A stretch of DNA of 64,000 bases, from contig CAVWVA010000002.1 in NCBI GenBank assembly GCA_963758385.1, positions 659,393 through 723,392 on the forward strand, given 5' to 3'. The translations under genes were made by a program, and so were the position numbers. This DNA is from an uncultured Acidobacteriaceae bacterium. Its GTDB lineage: Bacteria > Acidobacteriota > Terriglobia > Terriglobales > Acidobacteriaceae. The notes under the pieces are model-generated. The model did not search any database and was not told the origin of the DNA. It was given only the letters and a program-made list of their open reading frames with translations. Below, in pieces: positions 26,215 to 35,568 of the stretch (positions are counted from its first letter, which is position 1; every line of letters begins with the position of its first letter).

Positions 26215-26589
26215 ATGCGATACATGATGTTGATCTACTCGCACGAAGACGAGACCGCAACACCGGGAACATCAGGCGCCGTGGCAGCGGCCCATCGAGT
26301 CGTGATGGAGCAGGCGCACAGTCGCGGCGTCTTCTGCGCCGCCGATCCTCTCGAGCCCAGCGCCACTGCCACCACGGTCCGGGTGCAGGATGGCGGGGTA
26401 TTGGTCACCGATGGTCCATTCGCCGAAACCAAGGAGCAGTTAGCCGGATACTACATCCTCGATTGTCAGGATCTCGACGAGGCCCTTGCCTGGGCAGCAA
26501 AAATTCCCACTGGCTGTGCCGGTTTGCCTGGATGTATCGAGATCCGTCCCATTCGGCAAATGCCTCCGGGTGTACCTGTGAATGGATGA
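26215..26589 (+). CDS. YciI-like / DGPF-domain protein (paralogue of 25227..25562)
   Basis: MRYMMLIYSHEDE...VTDGPFAETKEQLAGYYILDCQDLDEAL. Confidence 0.8.
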   Translation: MRYMMLIYSHEDETATPGTSGAVAAAHRVVMEQAHSRGVFCAADPLEPSATATTVRVQDGGVLVTDGPFAETKEQLAGYYILDCQDLDEALAWAAKIPTGCAGLPGCIEIRPIRQMPPGVPVNG

Positions 26590-27826
26590 CGGCGCTATTG
26601 AAGCGGTTTTCCGCAACGAGTCAGGCCGCATCATTGCCGGCCTTATTCGCGTTTCGCACTCCTTCGATCTTGCGGAAGAGGCCATGCAGGATGCCTTCGC
26701 CGCAGCCCTGGTAAGCTGGCGAGCTGAGGGTATACCGGCCAACCCCGCTGCCTGGATTACGGCCGCGGCCCGTCGCAAAATCATTGACTACGCGCGCCGC
26801 GAGCATACGCGCAGGGACAAAGAGGACCAACTGGTCTATGAGTACGCGTCCCGCAGCAGCGCGACCGAAGAGGAAATGAGCCGCCCTTTCGAAGACGATC
26901 GTCTAAGCCTCATTTTCACGTGTTGCCATCCCGCTCTCAATAAGGAAGCGCAAATTGCTCTCACGCTCCGTACCCTCGGCGGGCTCACTACCGTGGAGAT
27001 CGCGCGCGCTTTCCTGCTCTCGGAGGCGACACTGGCACAACGCCTGGTGCGTGCCCAGCGCAAGATCCAGCAGGCGCGCATTCCTTACCAGATCCCCGGG
27101 CCCGCTGCTCTGCCCGAACGTTTATCCGCGGTGCAAACGGTTCTCTATCTCATCTTCAACGAAGGCTACTCCGCCACGTCAGGGGATAGCCTGGTGCGCC
27201 GCGAGCTCTGTGCGGAAGCAATTCGCCTGGCGCGTACGCTCAACGAACTCATGCCGGACAATCCAGAAAGCATGGCGCTTCTGGCGCTCATGCTCCTGCA
27301 TGACTCTCGCCGCGACGCCCGTTCGAGCGGAGATGGGCAACTTGTGCCTCTGGAGGAGCAGGATCGTTCCCTTTGGCGCCAGGATCAAATCATGGAAGGG
27401 ATCGGGTTGGTTGAGCGTGCCTTGGGGCGCCGCAACGTGGGCCCGTATCAGTTACAGGCAGCCATCGCGGCAGTCCACGCCGAAGCCGCCACTGCCGCGC
27501 AAACCGACTGGAAACAAATTGCCGGTTTGTATGGCATTCTCAACATACACCAGGCCTCGCCCATCGTCTCACTCAACCATGCGGTCGCCATCGCTATGAG
27601 CGAGAACCTCGCCCATGGCCTGGCATTGATTGATCAGCTGGGTGCTTCCGGCGAACTCGATTCCTATCACCTTTATCATGCCGCCCGTGCCGACCTGCTC
27701 CGCCGCATGGGGCGCAACCGGGAAGCACTCGAGAGTTATCACCGAGGGCTTAAACTCGCCACGAATGCTGTCGAAGTTCGCTATCTGCGTCGCCGTATCT
27801 CGGAGCTTGATGCGCTCGCACAATAA
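26582..27826 (+). CDS. ECF sigma factor with a long C-terminal TPR-like extension (ECF42-type)
   Basis: 414 aa with an 8-nt overlap to the DGPF gene. Region 2 is AMQDAFAAALVSWRAEGIPANPAAWITAAARRKIIDYARRE and region 4 is LRTLGGLTTVEIARAFLLSEATLAQRLVRAQRKI. A helical extension of about 230 aa follows. No anti-sigma gene is adjacent. Confidence 0.75.
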   Translation: MDDGAIEAVFRNESGRIIAGLIRVSHSFDLAEEAMQDAFAAALVSWRAEGIPANPAAWITAAARRKIIDYARREHTRRDKEDQLVYEYASRSSATEEEMSRPFEDDRLSLIFTCCHPALNKEAQIALTLRTLGGLTTVEIARAFLLSEATLAQRLVRAQRKIQQARIPYQIPGPAALPERLSAVQTVLYLIFNEGYSATSGDSLVRRELCAEAIRLARTLNELMPDNPESMALLALMLLHDSRRDARSSGDGQLVPLEEQDRSLWRQDQIMEGIGLVERALGRRNVGPYQLQAAIAAVHAEAATAAQTDWKQIAGLYGILNIHQASPIVSLNHAVAIAMSENLAHGLALIDQLGASGELDSYHLYHAARADLLRRMGRNREALESYHRGLKLATNAVEVRYLRRRISELDALAQ

Positions 27827-27879
27827 GTGGCCCTCTGCGCGCGCGCCCGCAGTCACCGGTCAAATGGATGCGTTGCGCT

Positions 27880-28371
27880 TCAGCTTACCGGCGCCGGCAG
27901 ATCGGAATTGAACATGTCGGCTACTGTTTTCCACTTGCCGTCCGCCTGCTTTTTGAACACCTCGATGAGCTTGCCACGGTCCACAGCTGGCTTGCCCAGA
28001 GGGTTTTTCATGGTCAACGTATATACCCCCACCAGGTAGGCCAGGTCACCGGATTGGGAAACATCAACCCGGGTTGCGCGCCAGTCGACAGTAATGCTCG
28101 GCTCGAGAAGCGCGGACCATGAGGCGCGAATCGCCTGCTTGCCCGAGGCGATGGGGGCATTTGGCGGCAGCAGAACGGCGTCATCGCTGTAATACGAAAC
28201 CGTGGCGTCCAGGTTACGCGTGGCAGCGGTCTTCGCCCATTGGGCGTCAAGCTCTCTGATCGTCTGTTCATCCGCAGCGCGTGTATCGGTCTTCTGGTTG
28301 CATGCCGTAGTCAACAGCAATCCAGCAATACAGCCCCAGCGGGCGATACCTCTTGAAGAAGCATGGGTCAT
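27880..28371 (-). CDS. NTF2-fold (SnoaL_3/DUF4440-like) lipoprotein
   Basis: Start set at ATG 28371, giving MTHASSRGIARWGCIAGLLLTTAC (lipobox LTAC-type). The body reads IRELDAQWAKTAATRNLDATVSYYSDDAVLLPPN...KQADGKWKTVADMFNSD. Confidence 0.7.
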   Translation of the reverse strand: MTHASSRGIARWGCIAGLLLTTACNQKTDTRAADEQTIRELDAQWAKTAATRNLDATVSYYSDDAVLLPPNAPIASGKQAIRASWSALLEPSITVDWRATRVDVSQSGDLAYLVGVYTLTMKNPLGKPAVDRGKLIEVFKKQADGKWKTVADMFNSDLPAPVS

Positions 28372-28600
28372 GCGTGCTCTCCTTTTGGGAAGGCTAGAAC
28401 ATATCACACTTGCTGGAAAACTTTCCCAAGTCGGAAGCAATGTGGCGAGATACCTTGGATTTCCTGCTCGTGGCTCCGGCCGACAACCACGTGTGCAGCT
28501 TTCTCCAAGGCTAGCCGCATAGAACTCGTTTGTTCCCACTGGCATCACAGGAAATCCGGGTATGGGCACCCGCATTTCGTGGTCAGGAGAGGAACTCGCC

Positions 28601-30721
28601 TTACGGCCAGTGATTGACAATGTTGGTTACGTTTATGCTTCCCAGCCCTGTGGCAAAATCCCAACCCGCCTTCGTGGGGTAAGCCTCAAGCAAGTGAGAG
28701 TCGGATGTCGAAAGTACCCCAAACTCATTCTTTTTTGGCTGGTAACAGTTATCCGGGCCATAGCAGGGAACGGCGTTGTTGCCTGCGGTTATGTCGTGGA
28801 AGAGACAAGCCTGCCCAACGCCTTTGCCTTTCGATCCGGAGCAAGCTTCCAATCTGGCCTCATTCGGTTTGGAAGCGTTTCCAAACTCTGCTTTGGCGAG
28901 CTTGTAATAGATTGGGGCAGGATTGCCCTGGGGTGCGCCCGCCTTCTGATTAATCAATGCCTGGATACTGGCAAATTGTGGAGCCGAAAAAGAAGTACCA
29001 CCGGCGGTATTAGATACCGCGTCTATGCTGTCGGTGTAATCGCAAGGCGCCCCGCCCTGCTCCTCATCAGACATGCAGAAGAGAATCGCGTGGCCCCAGA
29101 ACCCATCCGAAGCGAACAGGGAAACATCCGGCAAATCGCGCTTGCCGTCGCTGGGATTGCCCACCGCTCCCGCTTGCCACTTGGGTTTGGAGTACACGAA
29201 GCTGGGCGCGCCGCTGCCGCCCACAATGCCAAAGTAATTAGAGCCAACGTTGCTGTTACAAAAGGCTGTACCGCTCTTGTAACCATAGAAGCTGAACAGG
29301 ATGTTGCTGGCGCAGGTGTTATTCCATGGAGCCTCGGGGATGTAAGACTTGGCTGACTTTCCCGTCGACGTGTTGGCGCCGGTCCAATAAGTGTTAGTGG
29401 CGCCCTCCGAGGTGTCAAGAAAGTCCGTACCCCCGGTCGCGACATTATAGGGAGTGGAGGCAAGGCCGTTGGCAGCGATGCCCCCTGTGGCATAAGGGGC
29501 AGTATTAAAATCGTCGCAACCCGCGGCGGCTCCATCTCCAGAGGCAACGAATATCGATACGCCCTCTCCGGCCGCCTGTTGCCACAAGCTATTGACGTAT
29601 GCGTTGGAGCCCGGTCCGAGTTGGGCTTCGCACCCTATGTAACTGAGACTCATGATGGGTGGAGGGTTCTTGCTGTCGAGCAATGCCTGGGCGGCGAAGA
29701 AGCCGCCGAAGTTTGTGGTGCTGTCCGCGCAAGAGGCTAACTTTACCGCTGCATCCGGCGCGACCGCGCCGGCCCATTCGGCATCGAGGGCCGCTTCCAT
29801 TTCTGCCGCACCCTTTCCCGGATCGAAGCAGTTAGCGCCAGGATGAACCTGGCTGAAGGTGCCGGAATATTTGGAAAGTCCAAAAGAAGAACGGAATTTG
29901 GCCACATCCCGGGCATTGATATCAGTGTCTTCGAGAACGACGACGGTTTGCCCTTTGCCGGTGATCGGCCTTTTCGCCTTGTATAACGGCGTAACGTTGT
30001 AGATCGTGGCCAGGTCCCCGGGCGCTTCCAGGTAAAAAGAAGAACCGTCCAGCCCCAGACTGAAGCCCTTGTTTGGTTTGCTCAACGCCGGCCTGGGCAT
30101 GAAGTCATGAAGCGAGACGAAGCCTACGACCACGGACGCCATCGCGGCCGGAATCCGCGGATTGCCGGCATTGGCGATATGTTGCTTGCCGTTCACAGCG
30201 TACTTGTGGATCTCGGTATGAAATGCTTCGAGTACCTGGCCGGCGGTTCCCGATACATCAATCGTCAATCCATTTTTGTAAACATCATTGACCTTGAATC
30301 CATGCAAGCCCAGCCATTGCACAACGGTATCGATGTCCCCCTCGGCTGGCCCGAATCTTGTGCCCAGTTCCTCGGCAGTGAGCCAATGATGATAGTTTGC
30401 AGACGCCGGATCCTGCAGCTCGTCGATAAAGCGGCCCAAGGCCTGTTCCCGTTCCGGGCTGCGCTGCAATTGAAGGAACATGTGCTCCATCGGGAAGCTG
30501 TTCGCGACTGCCCCCTGATCGAATTTCGCATTTGCCATGGGGTGGGTGTGGCCGCGGAGCTGGACTAGCTTCGCGTCGTCCACTGCATCTACGATCCGGG
30601 GACTGGCAGTAGGGGACCCGGCATGGCTAGCCGCAAGAGCAGAGCCCGTGATGCCACTGAAAGCCAGGAGGGCCAGCAACCGGAAAAACGGCACACGCTG
30701 GGCATCGCGTCGTGAAGCCAT
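28601..30721 (-). CDS. S53 family serine peptidase (sedolisin/kumamolisin-like) with pro-domain, secreted
   Basis: 706 aa with a signal peptide. An N-terminal pro-kumamolisin-type activation region is present, then VVLEDTDINARDVAKF, ASGDGAAAGCDDF and the catalytic AGGTSFSAPQFASIQALINQ. AAGGAG lies 6 nt upstream of ATG 30721. Confidence 0.85.
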   Translation of the reverse strand: MASRRDAQRVPFFRLLALLAFSGITGSALAASHAGSPTASPRIVDAVDDAKLVQLRGHTHPMANAKFDQGAVANSFPMEHMFLQLQRSPEREQALGRFIDELQDPASANYHHWLTAEELGTRFGPAEGDIDTVVQWLGLHGFKVNDVYKNGLTIDVSGTAGQVLEAFHTEIHKYAVNGKQHIANAGNPRIPAAMASVVVGFVSLHDFMPRPALSKPNKGFSLGLDGSSFYLEAPGDLATIYNVTPLYKAKRPITGKGQTVVVLEDTDINARDVAKFRSSFGLSKYSGTFSQVHPGANCFDPGKGAAEMEAALDAEWAGAVAPDAAVKLASCADSTTNFGGFFAAQALLDSKNPPPIMSLSYIGCEAQLGPGSNAYVNSLWQQAAGEGVSIFVASGDGAAAGCDDFNTAPYATGGIAANGLASTPYNVATGGTDFLDTSEGATNTYWTGANTSTGKSAKSYIPEAPWNNTCASNILFSFYGYKSGTAFCNSNVGSNYFGIVGGSGAPSFVYSKPKWQAGAVGNPSDGKRDLPDVSLFASDGFWGHAILFCMSDEEQGGAPCDYTDSIDAVSNTAGGTSFSAPQFASIQALINQKAGAPQGNPAPIYYKLAKAEFGNASKPNEARLEACSGSKGKGVGQACLFHDITAGNNAVPCYGPDNCYQPKKNEFGVLSTSDSHLLEAYPTKAGWDFATGLGSINVTNIVNHWP

Positions 30722-30739
30722 GGACGACTCCTTATAGTT

Positions 30740-30782
30740 GGGGGACTGGGTTGGGGGCTTTCATGGGGCCCTGGGGGAGGGG
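30740..30782 (+). other. G-quadruplex-type G-run cluster (six runs of G3-G5 in 43 nt) in the S53 gene upstream region
   Basis: GGGGGactGGGttGGGGGctttcatGGGGccctGGGGGaGGGG on the plus strand, 19 nt upstream of the minus-strand S53 start. Confidence 0.5.
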
Positions 30783-30971
30783 TGCGGCGAGTATACACCG
30801 AGCTTCACGGCGGAGCCAAGGTAGAGTTTTCTGGATCGCCGTTCTGACCGGTGAACTCGCTTGCACGCTGAAAAACATTAGAAGATACATTTATGAAGAC
30901 GACGTGAACGTATTGTGACTATCGGTCAATTTTGGCCTTTGTTAAGACAATCCGCGGCCAGGAGCAATCGC

Positions 30972-31465
30972 ATGAACGAATTGGAACGCGCCATCGTCGG
31001 CGACAGCGCAGCGGCGCCTCCTGCCCACATTTTCAGGAGGTCGAAAGGCATGTCGCGTATCGAGTCATTGAGGGATCTCCCCATACGATTTATCAGGAGC
31101 TCTGGCACATCACTTTCTGGCAGCAAGTCACATTAGACTGGGTCAACGGTATCGAGACACCATTTCCGATTCACCCCTCAGCCGGATTCCCAAATCAGGC
31201 GGATGAGGCGCTTGAGGATTGGGATCAGCTACTCCGACGATTCTTTCGCGGAAACCACCAGGCAGCGGCTCGCGCAGCCGACGAGAAAAACCTCGAACAA
31301 GCCGTTCGCTGTCCTTCCCGGCCGGGAAATCCTGTTCGCGTCATGTCGGTGCGCGAACAACTGGAGAGTCTGGCCGCGCACAATGCCTACCATTTCGGCC
31401 GGATCGTGTTGCTTCGTCAACTATGTAATGCCTGGCCTCCGCCCTCTGGCGGTTTCAGCTGGTGA
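30972..31465 (+). pseudogene. DinB-fold protein with a frameshift at the T4 run 31030-31033
   Basis: AGGAG (30960-30964) plus ATG 30972 opens MNELERAIVGDSAAAPPAHIF in the frame of track ORF 30915. The conserved body QEVERHVAYRVIEGSPHTIYQELWHITFWQ...AAHNAYHFGRIVLLRQL lies in the frame of track ORF 30932..31465. Confidence 0.55.
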
Positions 31466-31541
31466 GGCCAATCCCTCCCACCAATTTTGAGTATTCTGAA
31501 GGAGAGAATATGACATCCCGCCCGTCCGGAGCCTTTCATCG

Positions 31542-33538
31542 ATGCGCTTTAACCGTCTGCTGATGGTTGTTTCTGCTTTTTTGCTGGGGAGCTTTGCCAT
31601 AAGTGGAGGGCTGGTTGCAAGGTCGCAGACTGCGCCCACCGCTGCCTACGATCCACGGCTTACCTTTGCCCCGCTGACGCTGCCCGACCCGGTGAATGTA
31701 TATCGCTCGAGCAATGGCGCCCCCGGACCTGCCTACTGGCAGAACGAAGCGGATTACGAGATGCACGCCGCCCTGGATACCACTGCGAAGATACTGCGCA
31801 ACGACGAGCTCATTACTTACACAAACAATAGCCCCGATGCTCTTACCAGCCTTTGGATCCACATGGAGCAGAACAGCTATCGAAAGGATGCGCGAACGCG
31901 CGTGGCAAACGGAGAATCGCGGCCAAAGAAGCCGGTGCCGGACGACGAGGACAATCCCAATGGGCACACGACGGAGGGGTTTGTCCTCGACTCGGTTGAG
32001 ATCGAGCGGGGCAAAGAAGTGCAGAAGGCTGAATACCTGGTCGACGATACGCGGATGCAGATCCGGCTTTCTGCAGCCGTTGGCGCCCAAGGGCAGCGCG
32101 CTCAAGACTCCACATCAAGTATCACTATCAGATACCGGGAGTGTGGGGCGGCCGGACTTCGTGGGGAGCATCGAAGCACGGAGAGATCTACGACATTGCG
32201 CAGTGGTATCCGCGCATGTGTGTTTACGACGATCTTCGCGGATGGGACACGCTGCCCTATCTCGGCAGTGAGTTCTACCTCGAGTATGGCCACTTTGACT
32301 ATTACGTAACCGTGCCCAGCGAAATGATCGTGGCGGCGTCGGGTGAGCTGGTCAATCCCGAAGATGTACTCACCAGGACGCAGATCGCTCGCCTCGAGCA
32401 GGCGCGCAAGAGCGACAAAACGGTGGTGATTCGGACTGTAGCCGAAGTAAACGATCCTGCCAGCAGGCCTAAAGCCGGCGGCACGCTTACCTGGCACTTT
32501 CATATGGACCACACGCGGGACGTGGTGTGGAGCGCGAGCCCGGCGTTTGTATGGGACGCAGCGAGGATCAACCTGCCGGATGGAAAGGCCAGCCTCGCGG
32601 AGAGCGTGTACCCGCCGGAAAGCGTGGGCGACGAGGCATGGGGACGCTCGACGGAATACGTGAAGGACACCGTGGAACGGTTTTCCCGGCACTGGTTCCC
32701 TTACCCCTACCCGGCCGCCATCAACGTGGCGGGTTTCTCTAGCGGCATGGAGTATCCGGGGATCGTCTTCGACGGCATCAACGACAAGGGCAAAGCGCTT
32801 TTCTGGGTTACGGCGCACGAGATTGGCCATAACTGGTTCCCCATGATCGTGGGTTCGAATGAGCGGCGAAACGCTTTCATGGATGAAGGATTCAACACCT
32901 TCATCGACATCCAGGAGTCGGCCGAATTCCAGGGAGGGGTTTATGGGCCGAAACGCGACTCGGAGTACTCAGCCGGGGGCGAGCCGCCCGACACCATTCT
33001 GAAAGTGCTGCGAGACCCAGCTGCCCCGGTTCTTCTAATGCCGGCGGATGCCTACACAGGAGAGATCGCTCATCCCGTGAGCTACTTCAAGGGGGCGTAC
33101 GGATTGGTGCTGCTGCGCGAGCAGATTCTGGGCACACAGCGTTTCGATTGGGCATTTCGCAAGTACATAAACGACTGGGCTTACAAGCATCCCTCTCCCT
33201 CAGACTTCTTCCGCGAGATAGGCAGTGAGGGCGGTGAGGATCTGGGTTGGTTCTGGCGTGGCTGGTACATGCACAACTGGAGTTTCGACCTCGCGGTCAG
33301 CAAAATCGAAGGCGACGAGGTTACGTTTGTGAACAAGGGACAGCTAGTGCTGCCGGCGACTGTAGAGGTTCGATACAGAGACGGTTCGACGACACGTTTC
33401 CGCCTGCCTGTTGAAACCTGGGAATCAAAAGGCGAAGTAGTTTGGACGGGAGATAAGCCGGTGTTGTCCGCGACGGTGGATCCCGATCACGTGCTGCCAG
33501 ACAATGATCGCGCCAACAACGCGATGACCGCGAAGTAG
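31542..33538 (+). pseudogene. M1-like gluzincin metallopeptidase, secreted, with two closely spaced frameshifts (~32073 and ~32107)
   Basis: Track ORFs 31542..32309 and 32141..33538 overlap. HEIGHNWF-x-E (HExxH-X18-E) lies in the second ORF. Removing g32073 and a32107 gives the continuous ..[39 protein letters not shown]... Confidence 0.6.
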
Positions 33539-33633
33539 GCCACTCCTCATAAGTTGTGCCACGAACGCGGGGGGGCCCTTATCTCGCGCTCGTGGCAGGG
33601 AAAAATGGGAATTCCAATTCTCTGCGGGCCGCA

Positions 33634-34140
33634 CTAGCGCGATACGGCTGTAATCTGCCAATAGATCCAGCCAAAGCCGTTCTGTGTCGGCTTAATCGCA
33701 AATGGCGGAAAACTCATGGCCGGAGAGCTCCTTCCTACCGCCAGAGTTAGTGGTGCCGTTCTGCGGCTATTGATCTCTACTGCCAAAAAAGTATTGTTGC
33801 CATAGCTGGTGCTATGCAGGATTTTGTGGCGAACGATGCGACCGTAATCACTATCGATCCCCCAATCGAGAACAAAACGGCCATAAGGGTAGCCGGTCTT
33901 TTCGTATCGCTGCCTATGTTTTTGCCAATCCGGATCATCATTCCAGATGCCAAAAGCTCTGGGAAGGTCTTGTGCTTCGACCGCGGCAAAGAATTGGTTC
34001 ACGGTATGTTCCGCCGGCAAATTCCAACAGACAAAGACAACGATGGCTACAATTCCGCACAGAACAAGTCCAATCACGAGGAGCTTATTGCGCTTCGCGG
34101 TGCGGGTTCCGTCGTAGGTGGGTGCGTCCAGGAGGGTCAT
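33634..34140 (-). CDS. hypothetical membrane-anchored protein
   Basis: 168-aa ORF with a single N-terminal TM helix (LLVIGLVLCGIVAIVVFVCW). I recognised no motif in it. Confidence 0.45.
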   Translation of the reverse strand: MTLLDAPTYDGTRTAKRNKLLVIGLVLCGIVAIVVFVCWNLPAEHTVNQFFAAVEAQDLPRAFGIWNDDPDWQKHRQRYEKTGYPYGRFVLDWGIDSDYGRIVRHKILHSTSYGNNTFLAVEINSRRTAPLTLAVGRSSPAMSFPPFAIKPTQNGFGWIYWQITAVSR

Positions 34141-34268
34141 TGCAAGGGAATTCTATTGCAGTCGAATCCCTTTCTTATCAGACACCGGCGAGCCGACGAA
34201 TGTTCCCTGCAGGCTGTCAACTTCCCTGTTGATAAGAGTGGGGCACATTTGAAAAAACATCTGTCATG

Positions 34269-34292
34269 CTTCATATTGCAGGCAATATGAAG
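34269..34292. promoter_or_regulatory. perfect 10-bp inverted repeat CTTCATATTG-cagg-CAATATGAAG ending 2 nt before the permease start codon
   Basis: Both arms are exactly complementary. The repeat covers the position where a ribosome-binding site would lie. Confidence 0.4.
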
Positions 34293-34294
34293 GG

Positions 34295-35566
34295 ATGAAC
34301 GGCGGGATCGAAGGAGGTAACACTCGAGAGGATGAAGGCCACGCCAGGCCTTTCATCGAAACCATCGTGCAGGATCTTCGTTTCGCACTCCGCCAGCTCC
34401 GCAAGAACCCGGCCTTTGCCTTCACTGCAGTGATGGTATTCGCGTTGGGAATTGGCGCCAGCACCGCGATCTTTGCCTTCGTCGATGCAGCCTTGGTCAA
34501 ACCGCTGCCCTATCAGGATCCGTCGAGGTTGGTTGCCCTCTTTGAACGGATTCCAGTTGGTGACCGCTATCATCTCTCCTATGGGGATTACCTGTACTGG
34601 AAGCGACTCAATCGCTCATTTACGTCGCTGAGTGTCTACCGGCCCGATCGTTTTATGCTGAAAACGATCGCCGGCGCCGAAGAGGTCTGCGTGATCGGCA
34701 GATCCTACGTGGGCCAGGGTGACGAGGCCAGCCAACGAGGCGTAAGCCCCGGGTACTTTGAGACGGTTGGCGCTCGGCTGTTGCAGGGGAGATATTTCAC
34801 CGAGGAAGATGACTCGACCAAGCCGCGCGTGGCGCTTATTAATCGCACGATGGCCACACAAATCCTCTCCCGACAAGACCCTCTCGGTAAAAGCATCGTG
34901 AATGAGTTCTACAAGGAACATCCTGTCAGGATTATCGGCGTGGTGGATGACATCAAAGATGGCCCGCTGGATACGAAACCGAGCGCAGTTGTCTATGATG
35001 CGTTGAACCAGGACCCCATGAATGATTTCTAAGTAACGGTTCGCACCGCCGGCTCTGCGGGAGCGATACTTCCTTCGATGATCAACGCGATCCATCGGCT
35101 GGGTTCGGGGCTAATCGCCGACGGGCAAGACACCATGACTGCGCGGATCAACGACTCCCAGGCCGCGTACCTTCATCGCTCTGCCGCGTGGCTCGTTGCA
35201 GGCTTTGCGGCACTGGCGCTGTTGCTGGGCACAGTTGGGCTTTACGGCGTCATCTCCTACTCCGTCGGCCAGCGGACGCGTGAAATTGGCGTGCGCATGG
35301 CGCTCGGAGCGCAACGCTCCTCTGTCTATCGCCTCATTTTGAATGAGGCATGCTGGCTTGCGCTGTTAGGCATCGTGGGCGGAATTCTTTGCTCACTGGT
35401 GGTGACAAGTCTTATCCGCAGCATGCTCTTTGCCGTCAGTCCATGGGATTCGGGAACGCTGCTGTCGGTAGGCGGTGTGCTCGTTGCATCGGCGCTTCTC
35501 GCAAGCTATATTCCAGCTCGCCGCGCCGCATCCATCAATCCTACAGATGCTCTTCGCGCGGAATAG
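34295..35566 (+). pseudogene. MacB/FtsX-type ABC transporter permease (single MacB_PCD + FtsX unit) interrupted by an in-frame TAA at 35030-35032
   Basis: Track ORFs 34295..35032 and 35078..35566 are in the same frame. The read-through gives ..NQDPMNDF*VTVRTAGSAGAILPSMINAIHRL.., the conserved family segment. The N-terminus QDLRFALRQLRKNPAFAFTAV and the C-terminus YIPARRAASINPTDALRAE are typical. Confidence 0.65.
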
Positions 35567-35568
35567 CA

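Noticed and set aside
28372-28620. N-terminal extension of track ORF 27880..28620.
   Set aside because: It overlaps the S53 gene's 3' end and has no protein-like pattern. ATG 28371 gives a clean lipoprotein signal with a lipobox.
28562-29356. 264-aa plus-strand ORF.
   Set aside because: It is antisense to the S53 peptidase gene and has no recognisable motif.
33558-33596. Imperfect 12-bp stem (GCCACGAACGCG / CGCGCTCGTGGC, one A-C mismatch, 15-nt G/C-rich loop) between the convergent M1 peptidase and hypothetical genes. I considered it as a terminator.
   Set aside because: No U-tract follows it on either strand, and the loop is long. It may still stabilise 3' ends, but I cannot support calling it a terminator.
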